Shown here in pieces: positions 47,839 through 56,330 of a stretch of DNA of 62,090 nucleotides. Position numbers and translations under genes: made by a program. This stretch comes from a virus (lineage: Duplodnaviria > Caudoviricetes): IMG/VR virus record IMGVR_UViG_3300042527_000115, positions 1-62,090 of that record; one strand, given 5' to 3'. Each line of letters starts with the position of its first letter. Position 1 is the first letter of the stretch. The notes beneath the pieces are model-generated. The model was not told where the DNA came from. It ran no database searches and worked only from the letters and a program-made list of their open reading frames with translations.

Positions 47839-48608
47839 GCTGCCACCTTAAATCCGCGGCGCTTGGTCTCAGCCTCAAACCATGACAACAACTCTTCGGT
47901 CTCGGCATCGAAACACTCAGGCTCGGCCATAGCTTTGACTTGCGCCTTGCGTCCCATGGTCTTGATGATCCGCTGGAAATCTTTGTCGTCCTCACTCACC
48001 AACTTGAAGCAACCATAGTTTCCGGAACCTTTCTCCTGACGCCAATCACCCACACCAGACACCATCCCGCCAGAGGCCAACAGGTTAGCGACCGATTGCT
48101 CTTTGAGCAGAGGCTTTGTGAACTCAATCGTCAGACGGCAGGCCCACTCAGGCATGACTGCCCGGGTGCGAACGTCCGGTGTGCGATTGATATCGGCCGA
48201 TCGGGTAGTGGCCATGAGAACCTGGGGGATACCGTAGATCTCGATCGCCTGACCTTCGACATAGATATGCTTCTTGATCTGTGTACGGGCTACTCCGGGC
48301 ATATCGAGTGCCGCGGTCATCATCGTTCCCTTAAATGCGCTGGGCAGCAGGGAGATCAGAGTATTAGCATCTTCCTCCTTGATGATGTAAGGCGAATCGC
48401 GGAACTCTTGCAGCGGATTGTGCTTCAGGCTGATCGCCTTCTCAGCTGCGTTCTTCTTGCCCTTTGGGAATAGCAACTCTTGCAGGGCTTTTTGGCTCAT
48501 GCGATTGTGGATCAGCGGGGTGGTTCCCAAGACGCAGAACTCCATTTTGCCGCGGGTTTGCTCATAAATAACGATCTCACCTGTAGAGGTGGTTGAAGCT
48601 TTTGCCAT
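47835..48608 (-). CDS. Stand-alone Cas7/RAMP-like RNA-binding protein
   Basis: N-terminal strand + GTTPLIHN, LPSAFKG (cf. RAMP IPGSSLKG), RTRA...W, C-terminal Gly-rich loop GVGDWRQEKGSGNYGCF. Confidence 0.75.
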   Translation of the reverse strand: MAKASTTSTGEIVIYEQTRGKMEFCVLGTTPLIHNRMSQKALQELLFPKGKKNAAEKAISLKHNPLQEFRDSPYIIKEEDANTLISLLPSAFKGTMMTAALDMPGVARTQIKKHIYVEGQAIEIYGIPQVLMATTRSADINRTPDVRTRAVMPEWACRLTIEFTKPLLKEQSVANLLASGGMVSGVGDWRQEKGSGNYGCFKLVSEDDKDFQRIIKTMGRKAQVKAMAEPECFDAETEELLSWFEAETKRRGFKVAA

Positions 48609-48630
48609 GATTTTCTCCTTGATTTAGGCA

Positions 48631-48671
48631 GGTCAACATTGACCACATAGCCCGCTCATCGAACGGGCTAT
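48631..48671 (-). promoter_or_regulatory. Leader hairpin and palindrome upstream of the RAMP-like gene
   Basis: ATAGCCCGTTC-GAT-GAGCGGGCTAT (11 bp, one G-U on - strand); GGTCAA-TG-TTGACC. Confidence 0.5.
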
Positions 48672-48684
48672 AGGGAAATGCTGG

Positions 48685-49755
48685 CTAAACGTGTCCGCTC
48701 TTTGATTCCAAGAAAGAACTCACCGCGTCATAGATGCGGCTTAATTCGTCCTCGTTGATCTCCATAGAATCCAAGACCACCCCGTACATATCCCGGTTCT
48801 CAAGTGCCATTTGCGCAATGGTCAGCGCAATGATCATGTCCGGGCCGGTGAGCAGGGTGCGCACTATAGCCATCCCGCGTATTTCTTAAATGCTTTTTTG
48901 TATTCCGCATAGGTCTTAAACCCCTGCGGCTTACGCATCACGCAGTACAGGGCAAAGTCTTCTGACATGAAATGCCCCTGCGCCAACTCATCGTGCGACT
49001 TTCCGACCTGATCGTAGGTCTCACCGTTGTAGTGGGCTTTGAGAACAAACTTAAGCTTTTCCCACAGATCATGGTCATATCCATCAGGGCAGATGTCCTG
49101 CCCATCGACGCGCCCATATCCATCGTAGACGCCCTCGAGCTTTCGGCCATCCGGATACAGGACCACGATGTCGAATAGCTGCGGATACTTCCTATGCCAA
49201 TCGTTCCCGTAGCCATGATGGATCACGGGGTGGTGTGATTTCGCGCAAGTCTTTGAAAAGAATCCCATGCTTTCTCTCCTTAAAGTGTGGGAAATACTTC
49301 GTCTTGATCCATGAACAGGGCGCCTCCGTTGTTGCCCTCATCATCAGCTGAAGCAAACATATAGCTGCCGTTATCGAACACAATCACCAGCGGGCGCTTC
49401 GACCAATACATCTCATCCGCTTCGTCTTTGGTCATGTATCTGACCTCTTTGATGCGCCGGCCGACAAGCTTTTTTTCTGCAATCTGCGTGGCCCGACCTT
49501 CGATAATCAACTCGTTTGATTTCACGGGAAGATCCACGCTGATCGTGGGGGTGAGGGTAACTTTCATGCTGCCTCCCTGATGCGGGATAGCGTTCCGCAG
49601 ACAAGGCAGCACCCGTCTTCATGCGGTGTGCGGTCTTCGCATGGCAAGCAATCGCGCCATGAATCACAGGTTAGAGTGCCGTCCTCAACCGCTTTGTAGA
49701 CGGCAGACTGACCACCTTTTTCGTAGATCTGAACCGCCTTTTCGTAATTAGACAT
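48685..49755 (-). other. Early-region hypothetical ORFs (48685-48873, 48864-49268, 49280-49567, 49564-49755)
   Basis: Closely packed - strand ORFs with RBSs; GVYDGYGRV and DDEGNNGGALF motifs. Confidence 0.6.
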
Positions 49756-50071
49756 GGCTCACCTCCAACTCTTCGGGCAATTCAATCTCATCGCCAAGCT
49801 TGCTGGCCACATAGCATCGCATCGCGGCGATTAGGGGTGTTGGCCCAGAATAATGAGATTCTTCGGAAAACTCTGCGTCATATGGCAAGGCTACCCATTC
49901 TTCAATGTGTTGTTTTACTTGTATGCCTTCCCGTTCAATGATCGGGCCACCTTGCGCCCAATTTTTTGAGTATTCAGGGCAAGAATCATCGAATCCATAA
50001 CGAACATTTGCATATTCGCATTGGGCTACTGCCCAATCTAATGCGGCTCCTGATAATTCATTTGTTTTCAT
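49748..50071 (-). CDS. NinX/DUF2591-family phage protein
   Basis: LSGAALDWAVA...YS.NWAQGGPIIERE...GPTPLIAAMRCYV. Confidence 0.8.
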   Translation of the reverse strand: MKTNELSGAALDWAVAQCEYANVRYGFDDSCPEYSKNWAQGGPIIEREGIQVKQHIEEWVALPYDAEFSEESHYSGPTPLIAAMRCYVASKLGDEIELPEELEVSHV

Positions 50072-50244
50072 GCTGCCTCCCTTACTTTCAGATCCCAAGC
50101 TTGTTGCAGCCCTTTATCTGAAAATTGATCGTATCCACCACCAGCAAAAAACATGGTTACCTGATGTAGCTGATCAGGGTTATCTAACAAAAAGCGCAAC
50201 TCTAATTCGGTCAATTCCTTGACCATCTGCTCTCTTGTTTTCAT
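50068..50244 (-). CDS. Hypothetical protein
   Basis: ATG 50244 with GGAGAG RBS. Confidence 0.6.
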   Translation of the reverse strand: MKTREQMVKELTELELRFLLDNPDQLHQVTMFFAGGGYDQFSDKGLQQAWDLKVREAA

Positions 50245-50405
50245 GCTTTCTCTCCTTCGGTGTAAAAGAAAAAAGTTTTTTGACAACGCGGGCAAACACC
50301 GCTCTCACCCTCACCCACTAGCGGCGTAGTGAAAATGCGAACGCCATCACGCGGACAAGACGGAAGATCGTCTGCCTCAAGTGCATAAAAAACTGGGTTA
50401 TCCAT
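50241..50405 (-). CDS. Small Zn-ribbon-like protein (54 aa, not in ORF track), first gene of the leftward operon
   Basis: AGGAGG RBS; MDNPVFY...CPRD...CPRC...GEKA; stop overlaps the next ATG. Confidence 0.65.
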   Translation of the reverse strand: MDNPVFYALEADDLPSCPRDGVRIFTTPLVGEGESGVCPRCQKTFFFYTEGEKA

Positions 50406-50429
50406 TTTTAAAACCTCCTAGCAATTGAA

Positions 50430-50459
50430 AGGATATTGAAAGTCAATATTGTTTGTCAA
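50430..50459 (-). promoter_or_regulatory. Sigma70-type promoter overlapped by TTGA-N3-TCAA sites
   Basis: TTGACA-18 nt-TATCCT on - strand. Confidence 0.6.
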
Positions 50460-50908
50460 GCCTCACCAACCAGCCTCACCTTCTCAGGCCTCACCCATTC
50501 GGACTCACCCACCAGCCCTCACCTACCAGCACGAGGGTAGCGACGAGTGCGACCGCCAGCGCGACCGCGACCGCAACGCGAAGCGCGACCGGGTCCGGAT
50601 CGGACCCAGCCGGCCGCGGATCGATATCGGCGCCCATGATCAGCTGCGATCGATGCAGCTGGAAGGGATCAGCCCGATCAGCTTTCCCGCTAGCGTTTCC
50701 GCGTATACCCACGGCGCCCACGGTGTCCGCAGGCGAATCCGCAGGCCATAGGGCAGGCCCGCGAGATGTGGCAGCTGCGCGGCCGTGGCCGAGGGCTTAT
50801 AAATAAAAACCGGTTTAGATTTCCGCATAATTTCCCCTAAGTGATCCCCGAGACAATTCCCGGGCCGGTATCCCCTCAGCTGCGGCCGAAGGGATATAAG
50901 CCCGGAAA

Positions 50909-51586
50909 CTATGCCCGGGCGATCGGGATCACTCGACGGGCGCGGGCTTCGGTTATCTTTTCCCGGAATCCATGGGCGCGGAATCCGACGATCACGGACC
51001 GATCAGGGACCGCGCAAAGCTTGCAAGACTCGCACGTTACCCCGTCTCGGGATTGCGCAGGGCAGATCACGATCGGCCGGCCGGCTGGCGTGTAGGTTTT
51101 TTCCGGGGTATCCGCGGGCACTATCGCGACGACCGGACCGGCTTTTAATTCGGCCAGCTGATCAGCTTCGCCCGCATCATCCGCGGATAAATTGATCGTG
51201 AAACCCCACGCGTTAGCGTGTCGAATCCAGCCGACCGCCTGCGGGCTTTTTTTGTGCGTGTACGTGTAACCCCTGCGCCCGGTATTGGCCGCGACTAGGT
51301 GGCCGAGGGCGACCGGATCGACCGCTTCCCCGTCTCCGGGAAGATCCCCGGCCACGTTATGACGCCAAAGCTGGCCGGCCGGTAAAGCTGCGACACGTTC
51401 GCAAAGCTTCGACCATTCCAGCCCGGCCGCTGCGCGATTCCACGCGAGACGCGTATGAAAAGCTTCGGCATAGCAATCCAGCCCGTAATGAGGGCAGGAA
51501 GGCGGGCAGCTTTCCCGCTGCGTATACGTTACCGGGATCGGGCCGGTTTTAACGTTCGCGGATCTCTCGACAAAAAGCGCTTTCAT
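50909..51586 (-). CDS. GP88-like Cys-cluster (radical-SAM-like) phage protein
   Basis: S.N.KTG...CPPSCP.....CYA, RHNVAGD, YTYTH, CPAQ....TC..C.LC. Confidence 0.6.
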   Translation of the reverse strand: MKALFVERSANVKTGPIPVTYTQRESCPPSCPHYGLDCYAEAFHTRLAWNRAAAGLEWSKLCERVAALPAGQLWRHNVAGDLPGDGEAVDPVALGHLVAANTGRRGYTYTHKKSPQAVGWIRHANAWGFTINLSADDAGEADQLAELKAGPVVAIVPADTPEKTYTPAGRPIVICPAQSRDGVTCESCKLCAVPDRSVIVGFRAHGFREKITEARARRVIPIARA

Positions 51587-53190
51587 TATTTGCCCCCTTT
51601 AGTGATTTCAAAAACAACGGATCGCATTAGGTCCAGCGCATCGGGCCACGCGTGGCCGTTCGCCTTTAATCGATCGAAGTACGGCCGCGCAGCTGATTCC
51701 ATCGCGCGGGCGTCCAGCTTTCCCGCGGCCAGTACCGGCGCGACCGCATCGCGGAATTGCATCAGGATCACCGCGTCGGAATTTTCAAGTTTGCTCATAA
51801 TTTCCCCTCGACGGATTCCCATGCATCGATTAAAGCCCGCGAGACCTTGTGATAATTGGAATCTTCCAAAGCTGCGAGACAGATTAAAAAAACGTCTCGC
51901 CCGTCCCAGTCGGTAGACGCGGCAAGCGATAGCCCTAAATTTAAGATTTTCTGATCGTCCATCATTGCGCCCCCGAATAAGTGTCATATCCGCGGACCTT
52001 TGACCGCCGTTCACGGGCTACGCGCTCGCGATACTTTGGGGGGAATCCGAAACATTCTAAAAAAGCTTTTTGAAATTTCGACGCGTCGCAATCTTCTTCG
52101 AGATATGCGAAACCGTCGCGCTCATATGAGTAGCGCGAAATTTCTCGCGAGATCAGAAGATCAGCCAAAAGGCGCTTTGGTACTTTGACCCAGCCGTGGC
52201 CGGGATCGGAAATAAAATCGAACGTTTTTTGCATTGTGTAACCCCTTGAAAAAACCCCGGGGAAATCCCCCGGGGAATTGATTAATCGAGACGGGATCCC
52301 GCGAAGGCGTCGATTCCCGCAGCCCGCAGGGTTTCCGCGTACGCGGCCGCGAAGGCGCTTTTCCGTTCGACGGATTGTCCGAATTCGGAAACCCAGTATT
52401 GGATCCCGCCACCATAAGCTGACCGCATCAGGCCCGTTTTTTTCGCCCATATCCCGAAGCTGGAATTCGCAGGCTTTACCGTGACCCACGCGAACCCGCA
52501 GGCTCCATCGTCGACGCGCCAAAGCTGGCCGCGTAATTCGTCGATTACGTGCATCGGGACGGGCGAAGCTTCAATTCCCGCCTGAATCCCGGCTTCGCGG
52601 GCGCGATCCGCTAAAGCTTGAAATTCCGCGTAACGGCTAGCGCGGGCGTTTTTTTCAGCGCTGATTTTTTCTTTAAGTGTCGCGTATTGCATGATTCGAT
52701 TCCCTTTCATGTATTTAATGATTCGCAAAGCTTCGGACGGAAAGCCCGAAGGATTCCAGCCCCTGAGATTTCACGTCGATCGAGTAACCTAGGGCTTCGA
52801 TTTCGCGCAGGCTGGCCGGGGTTAGCGTTTTCGTCCCTGCGATCCGGGCAAAGCTTTTTGAAGCTTCGCAGGCGGGATACACGACCCGCGAACCGTAGAC
52901 GTCTTTTATTTCGACAATGATTGTTTTCATTATTCCCCCCGGGCTTTATTGATTGCAGCTTGAACGATCGCGGCCGTTTCCGCGGGCATTTCGACGTTAC
53001 CGTCGAAGGCGACGAATTCGAGGGCTGCGAGTAGATCCGGCGCAGCTGCGATAAGGCGGGCGTCAGCTGGCCGGCGCGTTTCCGAGTAGACAATTTCCCC
53101 GACTGCATCGCGGCCGGAATTGATCAGATAGACGCGTGGGCTTATACCGTCTGCGATATTCCACGGTCCGGGCGTGTAATTAGATTTCAT
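51586..53190 (-). other. Small early ORFs (51586-51798, 51795-51965, 51962-52234, 52282-52692, 52715-52930, 52930-53190)
   Basis: Coupled starts/stops; DPGHGW, CGFAWV, TPGPW...ARLIAAAPDLL, AALEDSNYH phage motifs. Confidence 0.6.
52249..52276 (-). terminator. Rho-independent terminator
   Basis: CCCCGGGG-GATTT-CCCCGGGG-TTTTTT on - strand. Confidence 0.65.
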
Positions 53191-53428
53191 ATTGAACCCT
53201 TTTTGATATTCCCGGGATCGTCCCGGTCCGTGTCGATAAAAACGAATCGACAAATGCAATCGTTGACTTTCAAGACTTGATTGTCAACACTTTATCTCTA
53301 TCGATCAAGGGGAATTGATAGCGGGAAACAATCGCGGGAGATCCGCGGCCAGCCCGAAGGGCGAAGGCTTGCATTTTGCCCGATTAGGATTAGACTATCG
53401 ATTCTAAGAAATACCCATATAAAACACT

Positions 53429-54202
53429 ATGACGAAAAGACTGACCCGGCGGGAGATATCCGAAGGATTAAAGACAGTACCAATCGAATCGCTATTGATC
53501 GGGGTAAACAATCCCGCGGGAATAAAGCTTACAGCAAAGCAAAAAAGATTCGCCGAGGAAATAGTGAAGGGGAACACGAAGGCGGGAGCGTATAGGGCAG
53601 CTTATCCCGACAGTAAAGCTAAGCCAGCCGTCCAAAGCGTAGAGGGTCATAGATTAATGGCGAATCCTAAAGTGTCCCTTCAAATAGACGCGATGAGGCT
53701 GGCGCTGGAGCGGCAGAAATATACTACCCCTGCAGCTTTGAGGGCTCTCGTAATCGATCAGCTGGTGGAAAAGGTCCTAGACCCCGAAGTAAAGCCCGCG
53801 CAGCAGCTGAAAGCGCTGCACCTGCTGGGGACCGTTACCGAGGTCGCAGCCTTTACCGAACGGAAAACAATCGAACACACGGGGACCGATTCGGAATCTA
53901 TCCGCGGCCGGCTACTTGAGACAATCCGGGCCGCTTTGAAGGTGGACGCGATCGACGTCGAGACAATCGAAGGCGATGATCTGCTGGCCGAGATCAAAAG
54001 CGCCCGCGCGGAACCCCCGGCCGATGCGGATTCGACGCCCGCGGACCCCACCCGGACGCCACCCCCCGCGGACGATTCGACGGACCCACAGTCCACTATG
54101 CATACTATTCCACACTCTCAATCCCCTCTTGAATCTAAGCCTCACCTACCAGTAGAAACGGGTGCGGTTCTAGCGGAGAAAGAGGACAATGAAACTACTT
54201 GA
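53429..54202 (+). CDS. terS: Terminase small subunit
   Basis: LTAKQKRFAEEI......AYRAAY...L..NPKV; ALHLLG...FTER; upstream of TerL. Confidence 0.75.
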   Translation: MTKRLTRREISEGLKTVPIESLLIGVNNPAGIKLTAKQKRFAEEIVKGNTKAGAYRAAYPDSKAKPAVQSVEGHRLMANPKVSLQIDAMRLALERQKYTTPAALRALVIDQLVEKVLDPEVKPAQQLKALHLLGTVTEVAAFTERKTIEHTGTDSESIRGRLLETIRAALKVDAIDVETIEGDDLLAEIKSARAEPPADADSTPADPTRTPPPADDSTDPQSTMHTIPHSQSPLESKPHLPVETGAVLAEKEDNETT

Positions 54203-54335
54203 CTGTCAACCTCAGTGTAACAGGTGTTACACTTAACTTGACTTTCAAGGGGGTGGGGGTAGTAACAAAGTTATGGATGTGAGGGTAGGGGTGATTTATA
54301 GGAAAGCCCCCCTTTGTGTTTTGAAATGAGAGTGG

Positions 54336-54602
54336 GTGGGGGGGTATATTTTTTTGGGAAGGCGAAAGGTTAGAGAAGTGACTCCGGCTCAGAAGGAAGT
54401 ATTTTTGATAATTGATGAGTTTTGGAAGAGGTATGGATTTGCGCCCTCGATAGATGATGTTATGTATCTAACGGGCGAAAAGGGTCGTGGGAATGTGGCG
54501 AGGAAGATGAGAAGGTTAGTGGAGTTGGGGTTGTGTAAGGGGATTCCTGGGAGAGCCAGGACGATTAGACCTGCGAACGTAAGGGCGCGGGACATTGAGT
54601 AA
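54336..54602 (+). CDS. LexA-type DNA-binding domain only (start possibly GTG 54378)
   Basis: TPAQKEVF..I..F....GFAPSI.D........V......L...G......RARTI; no peptidase domain. Confidence 0.7.
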   Translation: MGGYIFLGRRKVREVTPAQKEVFLIIDEFWKRYGFAPSIDDVMYLTGEKGRGNVARKMRRLVELGLCKGIPGRARTIRPANVRARDIE

Positions 54603-56094
54603 AGTAATAGATTTAATTAATCAACTTCCCGAAGGTGAAAGGGAAGAACTATTGGTCATGGCGCAGGAGTATCAGGATGCGCTTATGAGGGAAAAGGCTC
54701 AGAAGTCGTTTATGACCTTTGTGAAGTCAATGTGGCCGGCCTTTATTCATGGAAGGCATCATGCGGTCATGGCTAAGAAGTTTGAGGAAATCGCCGAGGG
54801 GAAGCTAAAGAGGCTGATTATTAATATGCCCCCGCGGCACACGAAGTCGGAGTTTGCTTCTTACTTATTGCCGGCCTGGTACTTAGGGCGGTTTCCCCAC
54901 AAAAAGATTATTCAAAGCTCCAATACAGCGGAGTTAGCGGTGGGATTTGGACGTAAAGTTCGAAATCTGGTGGATGGAGATATGTATGCAAAAGTCTTTC
55001 CGAACGTATCCCTGCGACACGACTCTAAGGCTGCTGGGCGGTGGTCTACTAATGCTAATGGTGAGTATTTTGCTATTGGCGTTGGCGGTACCGTCACTGG
55101 TAAGGGAGCTGACCTCCTTATTATCGACGACCCTCACTCGGAACAAGAAGCAGCCCTAGCCGGCCAAGACCCAAGTGTCTACGATAAGGTCTATGAGTGG
55201 TACTCCTCTGGGCCGCGGCAGCGTCTTCAGCCTGGTGGAGCGATCGTAATTGTGATGACGCGCTGGGGAAAGCGCGATTTAACGGGGCAAGTTATCAAAG
55301 CCAGCGCTCAAAGGGGCGGCGATGAGTGGGATGTCATTGAATTTCCAGCGATTTTGCCCTCTGGAAAGCCTTTGTGGCCTGAATTTTGGAGCCTAAAAGA
55401 GCTTTCCGCTCTAAAAGAAGAGCTTCCGAACCCAAAATGGCAGGCTCAGTACCAGCAAGATCCGACTTCTGAGTCCTCAGCAATCGTAAAACGGGAGTGG
55501 TGGCAGGTCTGGGAGGAAGATAGCCCCCCATCTGTGAGCATGATCATCCAAGCCTGGGATACTGCGTTTGAAAAAAACAACCGCGCCGACTATTCGGCCT
55601 GCACAACCTGGGGAGTTTTTGATCATCCGGATAATAATGGCGTTTATCAGGCGAATTTGATTTTATTAAATGCCTTTCGCGATCGGCTTGAGTTTCCGGA
55701 ACTGAAAAAACGCGTGTTGGAACAATATAAAGAGTGGAGTCCAGACGGTCTGATGATTGAAAAGAAGGCCTCTGGAGCGCCATTGATTTATGAGCTGCGA
55801 AGCATGGGGGTTCCGGTACAAGAATTCACCCCAACCCGCGGCAATGACAAGATCACCAGACTAAACGCCGTGGCCGATTTGTTTGCCTCCGGCCGAGTCT
55901 GGATTCCAAACACAAACTGGGCCGAGGAAGTCGTGGACGAGGTTGCATCTTTCCCCTCCGGAGAGCATGATGACTACGTTGACTCCGTATCCCTGGCTCT
56001 AATGAGATTTAGGCAGGGTGGTTACGTTCGTACCATCCTGGATGAAGAGGACGAACCTACTTACTTTAAGCAGCGAAGAGCTGCCTATTACTAA
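54595..56094 (+). CDS. terL: Terminase large subunit
   Basis: NMPPRHTKS (Walker A), LLIIDDP, VMTRW, WDTAF, HDDYVD. Confidence 0.95.
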   Translation: MSKVIDLINQLPEGEREELLVMAQEYQDALMREKAQKSFMTFVKSMWPAFIHGRHHAVMAKKFEEIAEGKLKRLIINMPPRHTKSEFASYLLPAWYLGRFPHKKIIQSSNTAELAVGFGRKVRNLVDGDMYAKVFPNVSLRHDSKAAGRWSTNANGEYFAIGVGGTVTGKGADLLIIDDPHSEQEAALAGQDPSVYDKVYEWYSSGPRQRLQPGGAIVIVMTRWGKRDLTGQVIKASAQRGGDEWDVIEFPAILPSGKPLWPEFWSLKELSALKEELPNPKWQAQYQQDPTSESSAIVKREWWQVWEEDSPPSVSMIIQAWDTAFEKNNRADYSACTTWGVFDHPDNNGVYQANLILLNAFRDRLEFPELKKRVLEQYKEWSPDGLMIEKKASGAPLIYELRSMGVPVQEFTPTRGNDKITRLNAVADLFASGRVWIPNTNWAEEVVDEVASFPSGEHDDYVDSVSLALMRFRQGGYVRTILDEEDEPTYFKQRRAAYY

Positions 56095-56099
56095 GAACC

Positions 56100-56321
56100 A
56101 TGATAATTAAATATTTGGCCGGTAAGTTGTGGTTTTACAAAATTGAAGGCATGGATACTTTCAACGGTATCAACGTATATAGAAAAAATAATGAAAACAA
56201 TGCCGGATTTGTTTTAAGACTTGGCCAATTAATTTTTAAGTGCCGCTATTCCAAACGAATCAATAAATGGTTTTTAGGATTTCGGTGGCACAAACCGACT
56301 TATATGGAATACAAAAATTAA
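56100..56321 (+). CDS. AT-rich hypothetical protein
   Basis: Fills the TerL-portal gap; low GC. Confidence 0.45.
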   Translation: MIIKYLAGKLWFYKIEGMDTFNGINVYRKNNENNAGFVLRLGQLIFKCRYSKRINKWFLGFRWHKPTYMEYKN

Positions 56322-56330
56322 GGACTGAAC

